Source: a virus | Direction: 5' to 3' (one strand) | DNA: 64,000 nucleotides | IMG/VR virus record: IMGVR_UViG_3300020204_000006 | Shown here: positions 27,801-36,990 of the stretch, piece by piece | Numbering within the stretch: position 1 is the stretch's first letter | Layout of the letters: each line of letters opens with the position of its first letter | The notes under the pieces: model-generated | Database searches by the model: none | What the model was told of the DNA's origin: nothing | The model's input: only the letters and a program-made list of their open reading frames with translations | Translations under genes and position numbers: made by a program

Positions 27801-30800
27801 TAATCAAAGTTTTTTCTATCTTGATATATTGCCAATACAAACTATTGATTTAGTTGATTGCAAAATTTTTGTTGAAAGTAATTATGACGAGTCTGGAACT
27901 ATCGCTAGGCAAAGAGTTCTTGGAGTAAAGATAAATTATGTTCCTAGTAGTGGTGGTGGTACATCAGGATTTTTTGACTCTGATGTAGAAGTATCTTCTT
28001 CAAGTAGTTATTCGGAAGAATCGCCAGACTCTTCTAATGGAGAGGGTTTTTCTTCTTTTGTCGGTGATGCTGGTTTCATTACAGATAGTGAATCTTCTTC
28101 GTCTTCTTCTTCGTCATTTTCTTCATCCTCTTCTTCGTCTTTTAACATACCCATATTAGAAGATGATCTTTCTGAAGCAGTTAGACCATCAGGTTCGTCG
28201 CCTTTTACAAAAACATGCTATATATATGATTTGTCCCTAGAGGGTCAAGAAGAGACTTCCCCTTGGATTAGAATTGCAGATATGGCAATGGATAGAGCTT
28301 GGAGCTCAACTGAGTATATAAATGGAAATATTTATAACATAGGTGGAGTTATATCTCCTGGTATAACATCTTATAATGAGTACTGGATTGCTAGTCAAAA
28401 TAGATGGGTTTACAGGGCTGCCATGCCTGTTTCTAAATTTGGCATGCAAAGCTGCAATGATGGTCGTTATATATATTGTTTTGGCGGCATAGAAATAGCA
28501 GACGTTAGGGTTGGTGGTGGATTTGGTGGTGGCATGGGTGGACCAACAGGGGGTGGCACTTCTAGTTCATCTGGCTCAAGTTCAAGCAGTTCCATATTAA
28601 CTCAAAGAAGACCAGTGGTTTCCACTACTGTTCATAGATATGATACAGTCACCGACACTTGGATTCAACTAAAGTCTATGCCTGTTTTAGATGTAGATGG
28701 TAATGATATTAGTGATACTACTATACCAAGCAACCTCAGTATAACAAAATATGGTGTTGCTTTTGGCAAGGCTCATTTAGTAGGCGACAAAATTTATATA
28801 ATTTGCGGTGCTAACTATATAAATTATTCAACTTTTGAGCCATCAAAAATGAATGACAGAATATTAATTTATGATATTTTAACAAATAAGTGGTCCTTTA
28901 GTGAAGCTCCTGATGATCTGTCAAAAGCTACTTATCAAAGAGTTTATCCGTCTTCTTTCATAAAAGACGATAAAATATTTGTTTTTGGTGGTACAAAGTA
29001 TGAAATACAGCTTGAAACAATTTATGTAACTGGATGGTTTGGTTCTATACAGGTTCCTTATACTAGTAAAATAACTGCTACAGATATTTACAGCATAGAT
29101 TTAGGAGTATTTAGTGCATCAAATTATTCTTCTATGAATTTCAGTATATCTGATGCAAGTTATTTATTCGACACAATACCTTATCCAAGAGATCAGGCTG
29201 GATGTTTGGTTCTTAATCAAGATATTTATGTTCTTGGTGGTAGGATACTTCCGAATGGCGACTATCCTGGCACCCCTCATTCTAGGAAGTTTGAAAGACT
29301 TGTTTATTCAAATGGTTCCTATTCTCATCAGAAAATTGAAAAAATACCCCAGGGAAGAAGTATTTTTGGTATGGTTTCAGATAGTCTTAGTAGAATATTT
29401 GTATGCGGTGGTATAATATCTTCATTTGCTCCAGGGTATGCTCAAATAAAAGTTGAGGCATATGGAGAGCAGACCGAAAAAAACTCTGATTATACTGTAA
29501 GCATTTACGAAGAAGCAGATGCAGTTGTTAGGCTTGACGGAAGATCTTCTTGCGACTTAATAGTAACTTTGTATGATGAAGAAGGCGACATAATAGAAAA
29601 AAGTGTTCGTGTAGAAATATACGGATCTATTAAGTTTCCAACTGAAGATGACTTTGAAGATGGCCCAGGAATGGGATTCTTTAACAGAGGTGCAGAAGTA
29701 AGAAAAAGAATACTTAAAAGAAGAGGAACAAGAGTCTATCCAATTCAAATATCTCCACAAAATTCACTCTCACAAGATGGCAAGATTTTTGCAAAAGTTC
29801 TTCCTAGAACAGAAGATCCCCTTAGGACTCTAAGTGAAATTGCATCTATACTTAATAGGGATGTAAGTACAGACGGTGTTGGAGATCAATCTGATATAAT
29901 AAATATTGTTCAAGATACTGTTAGATTCCCATATCAAATTGTAATTTCAGCTCAAGTTGTTGATGATTTTTACTTTGGAAGTACAGTATATAATCCTATT
30001 TCCTCTTCAAGTTCATCTTCTGATGTTCTTTTTTATCCTGAGCTTTTTGAGCCAGATACTCAGGCGGATGCTGGAGAGTTTTCATCAGCCAGATCTATGC
30101 CCTCATTTAAGGTAATAAATACATCTGGCACTAGTGCAGTTTTGCCGACTTACTTTTTTGATCGTGGTTTTATTCTCATGACTCAGCAATTTGGATTTAT
30201 TGGCACAGTTGGAGATTCAGATCTTTATGCTGTTACTGTTCCCAAAACAGGATCTTATAAATTAAGTGTTGTAAGAAGAAACTTTAGTTCAATTAAAACA
30301 AAAGTAAAAATATACAACTCAAATACTCTTCCATATCCTGTGTGCTCAACTGGCGGTTCTAATACAATAGCATTTAGAAACCAATTTGGTATACCAGAAT
30401 ATTTTTCGCCATGTGGTTCGGCAAATCTTGGAGAAATAGGAGACGCTATAAATCTTGTTGCTGGAAAATTATATTATCTTGAGGTTTCTGCTCTTGATGA
30501 AAATTCAACAAATTTAAGTGAAAAAGTAGGAGAATATTCTCTAAGGCTTGGCATAGTTATTAACCAAAATGAAGTTGGTTTTTATGCAAATATATATAAT
30601 TCTGGATCTCAATCTGGATCGTCATTTAGATCTGTTCGATCCTCTGGTAATAATTCATATTCTGATGGAGCTATTCAGGGTTCTTCCGATTCCGAAGAGA
30701 GTTTTGCTGCTTTGAATTTTAGAAATGGCTCATCTGACTGTATATTTACTTGTCCAGAGTGTCTGCCAGATAGCTCTAAGTGGGCTGGAGTTTCATGTAC

Positions 30801-33576
30801 GGGAAGTGACAATACTAATTGCGTATCTCTTCAAGTTGACTCATCTCCTCCTTCTGGCAGTCTTGATTTCTATTCATTTAGAAGCTTGCAGACATCATCA
30901 AGTACTTCTTCTGATCCTTACGATCCTTATGGAGGCGTAGTTGTTCCTCCTCCACAACCTCCGATTACTCTGCCAGAATATCTTTCTGTAGAATTTTCTA
31001 ATATAGATATTGTAATTTTAGCAAACTCTGCTGGTTTTTCTTTATTTGATAGAAACACCAGTCCTATTATACAGTATTACGCAGATTTTGACTGGATACC
31101 AGAAGTTAGAGAAGTATTATCAATAGATGACGGTAATTATTCAAATGTGAATTTAGCTATAAATAGACTCAAAAATATACCTCCATTTGGTTGCTCTCCA
31201 CTTTTTGATGGTGTTGACTCTATAGTTAGATCTTTCGATTTACAGAAGCTTGATCCATACTATCAGGATTTTAAAGAAACGCTGTATATAATGACAGATA
31301 ATGATGAGAATACAAGTGATTCAAACCCTGATGATGTTGCTTCAAATGTCAATTCTATATCTGGAGAATTTAATACTCCTATTGTTGCATACAATTTTAA
31401 CTTGTTTAAGCCAACCACAATAGCCAATGAGGCATCTGTTGCCAACTCTGGCTCTTTAGCTAGATTTATGAAGCAAGTTGGTGGAGAAATAATTAACTTT
31501 GTTGAAGAATCCATATATGAAAAATATGTTGACTTTGGAGTTGGTGAGGCAATAGGAGGTGTTGGTCACGGAGAAATTGAGCTTTTAATATCATTTGATG
31601 AGAATGTATCCATAACAGGTTTTGAGTATGAGTTTGAAAAACCAAATTTTACAAACATATTATGGAATGCAAAATCTTCTTCTGATGGTGAGACTTTCGA
31701 TAATGATAAAACATTTTACGACATAAAAGAAGGCAAACAAGAAAAATTTATTAATAGCAGTTTTATTAAATTGACTTTTAAATTCTTGCATTTCTTTAAG
31801 GATTCTTTTGTAGATCCTTATGAAATTTCACCTGATGCAGAAACTCCTAAGATAAAATCAGTAAAAATTTATTATAATTACCCAAGGGAAAACATAATAG
31901 TCCTTAAATCTCTTAATTTTACTGACAATCCACAACAGGTATCAATAAATATAATTGCAGAAAATGATGAAAACAGCAAAATATATGTAGGTGTTTCTTC
32001 AAGGGGCAGCCCTGATTGGAATAATTATTTCCGCGATTCTCAGCCTTATTCTTCTAACAACGGTAAAATATTTGTGCCATTAAGAGAATTGGCTTCCGTT
32101 GGTTTTGAAGAACCAATTATAGAGCCTCTTATCAGAATAGATAGTTTCACTTATGTGGCGACTCATGGTTCTTGGAACATAGATTCTATCATAAGACTTT
32201 TGGACGGCACTTCTGAAATAGATAGTTCTAATTATAAGTCTTTTTCATCTACTGGCACAATTATACTTAATAAGTCTTTAGAAATATCTGACCCCAAGAT
32301 AGAAATTGTAAATAGACCAGATTTTAATGTCGCTATAAAATGTGTTAATTACAGTTCTGAAAAAGCAGCTTTGATAAAAAGCATATCCCTATTTGCAAAT
32401 ACAAATCAAAAAAATCAAGCTATAGACTTTAACACTAAACCCATAGCTTACAACTTGCGTTTTGAAAATACAGAATTAAACATTTACTCTTCAATTAGAG
32501 TTGATTATAGCTATGCTGATCTTGATGGAGATGTGGAAGATAGAACAAAAACCATAATTAAATGGTATAAAAATGGTGTTGAGATTCAAGAACTTACTAA
32601 TCAAAAGAGATATAATGATCTTAATAATCCAACAGATATAACTTATAGTTTTGTGTATTCTCCATTGGGAGGCAAAACGTATGCTGAAGTTGCTGCAGAA
32701 ACTGGTTTAACTCCAGAGTATCTTGCATCTACAAGAGGAGAGTATTTATTTGAGTCAGGAGATATAATTTATTTTACTGTTCAGCCTCATGATGGAACTC
32801 AGTATGGAGATATAGCAAGAAGTGAGCCAGTAACAATAGTTGATACATCTGATTATCCTGCTTATATAAAAATAAGAGGAAGAGTATTTACCTCGTATAT
32901 TGAGCTTGATTTTCCTGGCAATGAGGGCGGTTCTTCTGGTTCCGGTATAATATTAACTAGTGTTTTTGATGCAAGGACTGTTATGTTTGCAGATTTTGAT
33001 TTCTTTAGTCCTGAAAAAATGAGTCAATCTATATTAAGGTGGTATTTAAACGGTTCTATATGGAAAGAGGGTCCTTTGACTGGAACAAATTCTACTGGCA
33101 TATATGAAATAAATCCACAAGATCAAGATATATCTGGTAGAAGGGCTAACAGTCCAGGCAATATAATAGAGGTTGAAATTATAGTTCCTAGGGACGGGCA
33201 GCCTGATCCATTTAAACTTAAAAGCGATCCAATTCAGGTTGTAAACAGTGTACCTATAGCATACAATTTAAAAATAGATGTTTTTGTAGATCCTGGACAA
33301 GGCAGTCCAAAAGAATATTTATATGCGGATTTTAACATTAATGATCCTGAAATAGATGAAGGAACACAGCCCGATCAATCTTCTGTGAGATGGTATTATT
33401 CAAATGACGATGGTGCAACTTGGAATTTTTATTATAAATCAAATCCTGCAGTTCAGCCTATAGGTCCAAATGATCATCAGGTTGGACAGAAATGGAAATT
33501 TGAAGTAATTCCTTTTGATGGATCACAGGAAGGTCCAACTGTTGAGAGTGAAATAAGGACTATTCTATATTCATAA
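21811..33576 (+). CDS. Giant modular protein 3 (3921 aa), putative adhesin/virion protein: split VWA, FnIII-like, LamG/ConA-like, Kelch propeller, PPC domain, three C-terminal Ig-like repeats
   Basis: FLFDVSGSM (MIDAS DxSxS); GCSPLFDG...YIMTDNDEN; LamG signature FMVWVYP...WNHI...LYIN...YFGKITEF; Kelch GG motifs (IYNIGG, IYCFGG, IFVFGG, IYVLGG, IFVCGG); GDSDLYAVTVPKTGSY (PPC). Confidence 0.85.
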   Translation: MGFPNTVHVHGSLSDSSIVGQGKYPTISPSAVTVIDCGNFYSAENSGDLFYMVDFQQSGAVSTSYVRTIADSIDNFTGGSSSFIYKIKSSFSGKVYYGIRLGFTAEFSGCRINFYYSNSLNHSIFISESDVLSLGGLNKFYFVHDSFTAFDSEVRDFKISIDAPGVIIDSIVFSDSSVRSFPDIQSYISKEIGSIFSLESNIDQSVSLSYASLKSKIDYSSITLHMQIYLIDQSERVVGFLKCHSYINTNSIIFDDGWIAFNINYFKNYSAQDQYFIMQNFKLGISLVGCPKNENLYFIWSQAADYNSGFLTMNRNNEDQLVQSEYDLAVKLFDQGESSSENNIQTQSPEVQNLIINNFDNYKYSNPVNVDIENIDDKRSQMVLKLPDRVVTFLFDVSGSMTWNDPNGKRFDVAKSIIDRFAGGYPGNLNYQVLTFGGTRILTEWFGVVEGKVSDTSDANEAKRKAFFDEAFKFNGVQIVRKKGSPPVSPTDGDIVFSGYSKILYDSGLEENTEYYYSVFSQTDDGRFSDPVVIKAVPEPRIVPSGIKNLNGKSFKASGISRDVNTHCLLHMDESGGLNIFDFAKGAIFVYKNTEENSLPIWIEKSESIPSSSVQGEGKGSGLRLNGKSEYIHVEDSSFNPLVSESFGFMVWVYPFSSNESYFDSQLGLINLTKSNDEIIRIFIQEDGSLFVNSSLGSFVSSEKITPNTWNHICIFSDSSSSKLYINANEEVHGSIYSGESIKNLEIGRSTDDTYYFGKITEFSLHSSIRGPSYVSEHYNNVPSWNGESIAVMSFDVPSSYLDGSKRYSIRYKPEIGPLRHLSDDISGPANYGSYQGDTGLRPENVPPGYVVRNVNFSRIVYGDDLGPTHVFDGTEFKSGIIDKKSYKHVFIGDFASPFDEIEKLSIGLEAPGFRHFFRIFTINQNDISSLPEDSGLFEFTPPIWRQRSEYPVQISGVSDVEYFVGDSKVMLTWNLNNKQNVENILVYFSRKYNPDIHAAYRKYNDAASTMELYPVFLGDKNSTEFVLRKGIVEFARRNTNDQNSQFQNLGPIGRCPECDLLNGEKGYFSIYTRDKFGNYSEPVFVEAIPNPGNQESAIPPDQIFGIRYQPVDEQSVSIRWINPSKINSYSDIQCWLDDRIVFYFRATDIFGRKLETRYEFKFVTSRGIDVSNTDSFGFPGQIFHGFGGNSWGSRSFYSEPPPLGFSDSEAISLFFDPERSEALREKIYFSKIVSVQEVKNSLDGYYKIFFDLSNASSDQLSMINQVYFAAQIVLRTSKDIRENAIADRSNTSIIFDSQDKFEYATLPIRVLMDQPLAIVAYQNGNVVYPRGTTLFVPEPGPGNVSFDPCDDAFYGQSQDGFYYESGKLTPGCYVSRNRPYSILIRASYRKQPLPDGTLIDAYVYNDVSPYDPSLSNRFNAFSVWGEICGLVAYCNQDSLLDPDPFAGTYSLSNIGLLSSSGTFATHSSGRFSECVYRIPVPDSPSSVRVIFKLSIDSFFACPQVYLNFVSNLRIKINTRGPIADGVDVAKQLCFAYTIDPDFDVSSGNNVDIAQQYIQPVPDFTPISWELLKYRNAKERPFYSTSQQQNNGSFVLADGVFDFTQNGYSQSVFFGPANGVVASLIGDGEDVFLIGEEYAIKASITYNGYTVSAFGPACIFPINTTSNSDNPDLPSIKKSSFFMSNANGEFVENIYSDGKDYAVFLVSRDPEITYVNSSGVLRSTVSGFLKCYNSTLFDDSGIENAIIYKPQVGSSLLFEIIRPYSYFESTEPYWKNQVKIIHKNLLFVEENGVVVPRGDVVSSNSSFVSIGNENENLIAITCNAFIPLMWSKFGEPTTLKDNGMICSHIHQNPFGSAGAIGPPQVPFIDYDIEIKGTISATVDGKSQNIISSGNWGTGNPPKFVKFIEPLRVDLAYVMVNGQPSSTLKIDGFSQNRLVFVVTFAGRPVSENSILKVYQCGTEILVPEQDIIRAEIKNDPFFTGRDISGNIIPGYIPGNQSFFYLDILPIQTIDLVDCKIFVESNYDESGTIARQRVLGVKINYVPSSGGGTSGFFDSDVEVSSSSSYSEESPDSSNGEGFSSFVGDAGFITDSESSSSSSSSFSSSSSSSFNIPILEDDLSEAVRPSGSSPFTKTCYIYDLSLEGQEETSPWIRIADMAMDRAWSSTEYINGNIYNIGGVISPGITSYNEYWIASQNRWVYRAAMPVSKFGMQSCNDGRYIYCFGGIEIADVRVGGGFGGGMGGPTGGGTSSSSGSSSSSSILTQRRPVVSTTVHRYDTVTDTWIQLKSMPVLDVDGNDISDTTIPSNLSITKYGVAFGKAHLVGDKIYIICGANYINYSTFEPSKMNDRILIYDILTNKWSFSEAPDDLSKATYQRVYPSSFIKDDKIFVFGGTKYEIQLETIYVTGWFGSIQVPYTSKITATDIYSIDLGVFSASNYSSMNFSISDASYLFDTIPYPRDQAGCLVLNQDIYVLGGRILPNGDYPGTPHSRKFERLVYSNGSYSHQKIEKIPQGRSIFGMVSDSLSRIFVCGGIISSFAPGYAQIKVEAYGEQTEKNSDYTVSIYEEADAVVRLDGRSSCDLIVTLYDEEGDIIEKSVRVEIYGSIKFPTEDDFEDGPGMGFFNRGAEVRKRILKRRGTRVYPIQISPQNSLSQDGKIFAKVLPRTEDPLRTLSEIASILNRDVSTDGVGDQSDIINIVQDTVRFPYQIVISAQVVDDFYFGSTVYNPISSSSSSSDVLFYPELFEPDTQADAGEFSSARSMPSFKVINTSGTSAVLPTYFFDRGFILMTQQFGFIGTVGDSDLYAVTVPKTGSYKLSVVRRNFSSIKTKVKIYNSNTLPYPVCSTGGSNTIAFRNQFGIPEYFSPCGSANLGEIGDAINLVAGKLYYLEVSALDENSTNLSEKVGEYSLRLGIVINQNEVGFYANIYNSGSQSGSSFRSVRSSGNNSYSDGAIQGSSDSEESFAALNFRNGSSDCIFTCPECLPDSSKWAGVSCTGSDNTNCVSLQVDSSPPSGSLDFYSFRSLQTSSSTSSDPYDPYGGVVVPPPQPPITLPEYLSVEFSNIDIVILANSAGFSLFDRNTSPIIQYYADFDWIPEVREVLSIDDGNYSNVNLAINRLKNIPPFGCSPLFDGVDSIVRSFDLQKLDPYYQDFKETLYIMTDNDENTSDSNPDDVASNVNSISGEFNTPIVAYNFNLFKPTTIANEASVANSGSLARFMKQVGGEIINFVEESIYEKYVDFGVGEAIGGVGHGEIELLISFDENVSITGFEYEFEKPNFTNILWNAKSSSDGETFDNDKTFYDIKEGKQEKFINSSFIKLTFKFLHFFKDSFVDPYEISPDAETPKIKSVKIYYNYPRENIIVLKSLNFTDNPQQVSINIIAENDENSKIYVGVSSRGSPDWNNYFRDSQPYSSNNGKIFVPLRELASVGFEEPIIEPLIRIDSFTYVATHGSWNIDSIIRLLDGTSEIDSSNYKSFSSTGTIILNKSLEISDPKIEIVNRPDFNVAIKCVNYSSEKAALIKSISLFANTNQKNQAIDFNTKPIAYNLRFENTELNIYSSIRVDYSYADLDGDVEDRTKTIIKWYKNGVEIQELTNQKRYNDLNNPTDITYSFVYSPLGGKTYAEVAAETGLTPEYLASTRGEYLFESGDIIYFTVQPHDGTQYGDIARSEPVTIVDTSDYPAYIKIRGRVFTSYIELDFPGNEGGSSGSGIILTSVFDARTVMFADFDFFSPEKMSQSILRWYLNGSIWKEGPLTGTNSTGIYEINPQDQDISGRRANSPGNIIEVEIIVPRDGQPDPFKLKSDPIQVVNSVPIAYNLKIDVFVDPGQGSPKEYLYADFNINDPEIDEGTQPDQSSVRWYYSNDDGATWNFYYKSNPAVQPIGPNDHQVGQKWKFEVIPFDGSQEGPTVESEIRTILYS

Positions 33577-33600
33577 TTTGTTTATTGTCGAATAATAATT

Positions 33601-34326
33601 ATGGACAAAATATTTGTTGCGGTACTTCATCATAACAATATTGATAATATAAAAACTTTTTTAAAATGTTATTTTGACAATATTGATAAAAAAGACTCTG
33701 AACTATTTATTATAGATAATGGTTCAAATGAAGAAATTTATAATATTTTAAATTCATGGAATAATAATACTGATTTTTTTGAATTTAATTTAACAAGAAG
33801 CGAAGTAAATACTGGAGTTATAGGCGGAAGAAATTTACTATTTAATAAATTTATACAGTTAAAAGATAATTATTCTGGTATTTTATTCCTAGACGATGAC
33901 CAGTTTGTAACTTCAAAAAATTTTCTAAATATGTATAAAAAAAAGATAAATAATGGATTTGATCTTGTTGGCTATGAGTCCTGGAAGATGAACAAAAATT
34001 TTCTACCTAAAACAAAAGTTGTTAAATACGGAGATAAATTTACTTATGTTGGTTGTGGTGGCATGTATATAAAAAAAGAAGTGGTAGAATCGGTTGGTAT
34101 ATTTGATGAGATATTTAACCCGTGTTATTTTGAGGATCCTGATTATAATTTTAGATGTATGCAAAAGGGTTTTAAAATAGACTGGATACCCAATCTTCCA
34201 CTTATACATAAGGCTCATTCAACTTTAGGAAAAAGAAATGATAAAAGAATAAAATTTAGATCAAGCTGGGAGTTATTTAATAAAAAATGGGCAGGGAATG
34301 TACCTAGTGGTGTTCACTTAATATGA
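33601..34326 (+). CDS. Glycosyltransferase, GT2 family
   Basis: IFVAVLHHN...IIDNGS...LFLDDD...GGMYIKK...FDEIF..CYFEDPDY, a typical GT2 pattern. Confidence 0.85.
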   Translation: MDKIFVAVLHHNNIDNIKTFLKCYFDNIDKKDSELFIIDNGSNEEIYNILNSWNNNTDFFEFNLTRSEVNTGVIGGRNLLFNKFIQLKDNYSGILFLDDDQFVTSKNFLNMYKKKINNGFDLVGYESWKMNKNFLPKTKVVKYGDKFTYVGCGGMYIKKEVVESVGIFDEIFNPCYFEDPDYNFRCMQKGFKIDWIPNLPLIHKAHSTLGKRNDKRIKFRSSWELFNKKWAGNVPSGVHLI

Positions 34327-35255
34327 AAATATTTATAAGCGACAAGAAATTATCTGGTGGGCCATCTGTTTTTAAAGAACTTTTAAAAAGTTCTCTTAAA
34401 AAGAAAGGCTATCATTTAGTGTTAGATACTTCTGAAAAAGTAGATATTGAATTAGGTTTTATATCTTTTAAAAGTAAAAATTCAAAAAAGAGAATCTTGA
34501 GACTTGATGGAGTATATTATCAATCTCATCAGATTTCTATGAATTCGGAAATTAAAGAAAATATAAAAAAGGCAGATGCAATAATATATCAAAGCGAATT
34601 CTCAAAATCTATGGTAAAAAACATGGTATTAGATACTCATGTACCAGAATGTGTAATTTACAATGGCACGGATTTAAACAAGATAAAATCGGCTAGTCCA
34701 TTAAAAAAATATTGTAAAACACAATTTGTTATGTGTGCTGATTGGAGAAATACAAAGAGACCCATGTCTGCTGTAAGAGGTTTTTGCAAGTGGATTAAAG
34801 ACAATAAAATTAAAGATACAAAACTTGTAGTGATAGGAGATTTTGGTAAATATAAAAATGAAATTTCAAGCGATTATAAAAATAATATAATTTTGTTAGG
34901 CGATGTTAAAAATTCTTTAATATTTCCAGTTCTAAAGTCAAGTGACTTTATGATACATCTTTGTTTTATAGACTCTTGCCCTAATTCTGTTGTTGAAGGT
35001 ATCTCTTGTGGTCTTCCTGTGCTTTGTACAAACCTTGGAGGTACAAGGGAAATAGTTGGCGACTATGGGCATGTTATAAATTATGATAGTTTCAATTTTT
35101 CTCCAACAGAAAAAATTATAGACAATATACCTCCTGATATAGTTTCTGATGGAATAAATGCTCTCTGTAGTAAAAATTATAATAATAAAAATACTAAAAA
35201 CTTAGATATTAATATAGTTGTCGATAAATATATAAAATTTATGGAGTCTTTATGA
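34323..35255 (+). CDS. Glycosyltransferase, GT4-like (GT-B)
   Basis: DSCPNSVVEGISCGLPVL...GGTREIV, the GT4 C-terminal motif; ATGA overlap. Confidence 0.85.
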   Translation: MKIFISDKKLSGGPSVFKELLKSSLKKKGYHLVLDTSEKVDIELGFISFKSKNSKKRILRLDGVYYQSHQISMNSEIKENIKKADAIIYQSEFSKSMVKNMVLDTHVPECVIYNGTDLNKIKSASPLKKYCKTQFVMCADWRNTKRPMSAVRGFCKWIKDNKIKDTKLVVIGDFGKYKNEISSDYKNNIILLGDVKNSLIFPVLKSSDFMIHLCFIDSCPNSVVEGISCGLPVLCTNLGGTREIVGDYGHVINYDSFNFSPTEKIIDNIPPDIVSDGINALCSKNYNNKNTKNLDINIVVDKYIKFMESL

Positions 35256-36004
35256 AAAAATACTATGTTACACAGTCTTGCTCTAAATTTACTCCTATAC
35301 TAAAAGTTTTTTATAAAAATATAAAATCACTAAATTTTTTTGATGGGATTATAGTTTACACTGATGACAAAAATTTTTGCCCTAATGACAATTTTATAAA
35401 TGTTGTTCACGGAAAAGACAGAAGTTATTCTTCCAATTTAAAAAATGCAGTTGACGCTTGTGACCAGGATTGTTTTTTTTGCGGCTGTGAAGATTACATG
35501 TTCTTAAAAGAAGACTTTAACAGAAACAGCTATCTTGTTAATTCAATTTTTAATTTTTTTAGTTCTTATAAAAATTTAGGAATATTAAGATTAAACAAAG
35601 CTGTTTGTATAGGTGATAAATCTAAATTTATAGATAAATCTCTTGGAATTTATGAAGTTCCAAAAAAATATCAGTATTGTGTTAATCTTCAGCCGTGCAT
35701 GTGGAAAAAAGAATTTTTTTATGATTTATTTAAAGACAAGCTTGACGCTTGGGAGTTTGAATTGAAATTTTCTTCTCGAGCTAGAGAGCATGATATGGCT
35801 TGTGCATGCACAGAAAAAGACTTAATGGTATTGATAAATGGCAATAAGCAGGGAAACTCTTATAGAGACAAATTTGTAGATCTTGCTGATTCATTTGGTT
35901 CTGAAATAGATTTTTCAAATTCACTCGTATATGTGAAGAAGAATGGTATCAAAAAAACTGTTTCTTATAAAGAATACATTAAAAACAACAAGTTTGAAAA
36001 ATGA
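35252..36004 (+). CDS. Putative glycosyltransferase (GT-A-like, unclassified)
   Basis: FFCGCEDYMF, LQPCMWKK and AWEFE resemble a GT-like family seen in glycan loci; cluster context. Confidence 0.5.
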   Translation: MKKYYVTQSCSKFTPILKVFYKNIKSLNFFDGIIVYTDDKNFCPNDNFINVVHGKDRSYSSNLKNAVDACDQDCFFCGCEDYMFLKEDFNRNSYLVNSIFNFFSSYKNLGILRLNKAVCIGDKSKFIDKSLGIYEVPKKYQYCVNLQPCMWKKEFFYDLFKDKLDAWEFELKFSSRAREHDMACACTEKDLMVLINGNKQGNSYRDKFVDLADSFGSEIDFSNSLVYVKKNGIKKTVSYKEYIKNNKFEK

Positions 36005-36990
36005 AATTAGGTAATTTTTTTAGAGTTGGTATTACTGGAATGGATTTTCAGGGAAAATTTCATGATTTTGACATTGGTATTGTTAGAAAATATTTGTCAA
36101 TAAGTGATCAGGAAAAAAAACTTCCAAATAATAGTTTTTACATAGTGTCTACTTCGCATTTGTATAGTAGTCAGGTTCTAATTTCAAAAAAAATAAAGTT
36201 TGCTTGCCATCCATTTGGCGAAAAATGCAACCATTTATTCCAGGGTATTAAGTGCTATGATTTGTGTGAGTCTGACATGGTTGATCCCTCTTGGTGTTAT
36301 AATAAAAGCCTAGAAAAAATATTTGACGTTATGTGTATAACAAATGATTCTATGCATGGAATAAGCTGTAAAGGTTTCCATTACATACCCTGCCTATTTG
36401 AAGCCTGCAAAAAAGCTAATCTTTCTTTGTGTGTTGTTAATTATACGGGCAAGAAATACAGATCAAATGATTCTGAACTTCTATCAATAAGAAAATTTAT
36501 TAAAAAAAATTCTTTGAATATGCAACAGAGTAAGCCAAAAATTTCACAAAAACAAGTTAATAAAATAATGCAGGGTGCAAGAATTTTATGTGTTCCAAAT
36601 TACTTGGACGCTAGCCCCAAAATAATAACAGAATCAATTATAAGAGGAGTGCCTGTTGCTCTTGGAAATTGTATAGTTGGTGGCACTAAATATATAGATG
36701 GAGAAAATGGTAAAATTTTTGAATGTGCAAAATCTTATAAAGAGTTTTGTTCAAATAAAGATTATTATGTTGATAGTCTTAAAAATTGTCTTATATCTTT
36801 AACATCAAAAAAATCAGATAGAAAAATTATGGTAAAAAACTATATGTCAAAATGGGGTCTTGCATGTACGAGTCGCAGACTTGCAGATATTTTAAAAGAA
36901 CATAATATGATACCTGGCAACATATCTTACGTTTTTTATCCTGAATTCAAAAAACAAATGGAGAATCTTTATGAAATTTTTCATAAATGA
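36001..36990 (+). CDS. Glycosyltransferase, GT-B/GT4-like
   Basis: LCVPNYLDASPKIITESIIRGVPV...GGTKYI matches the GT-B C-terminal E-x7-E-type region. Confidence 0.7.
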   Translation: MKLGNFFRVGITGMDFQGKFHDFDIGIVRKYLSISDQEKKLPNNSFYIVSTSHLYSSQVLISKKIKFACHPFGEKCNHLFQGIKCYDLCESDMVDPSWCYNKSLEKIFDVMCITNDSMHGISCKGFHYIPCLFEACKKANLSLCVVNYTGKKYRSNDSELLSIRKFIKKNSLNMQQSKPKISQKQVNKIMQGARILCVPNYLDASPKIITESIIRGVPVALGNCIVGGTKYIDGENGKIFECAKSYKEFCSNKDYYVDSLKNCLISLTSKKSDRKIMVKNYMSKWGLACTSRRLADILKEHNMIPGNISYVFYPEFKKQMENLYEIFHK

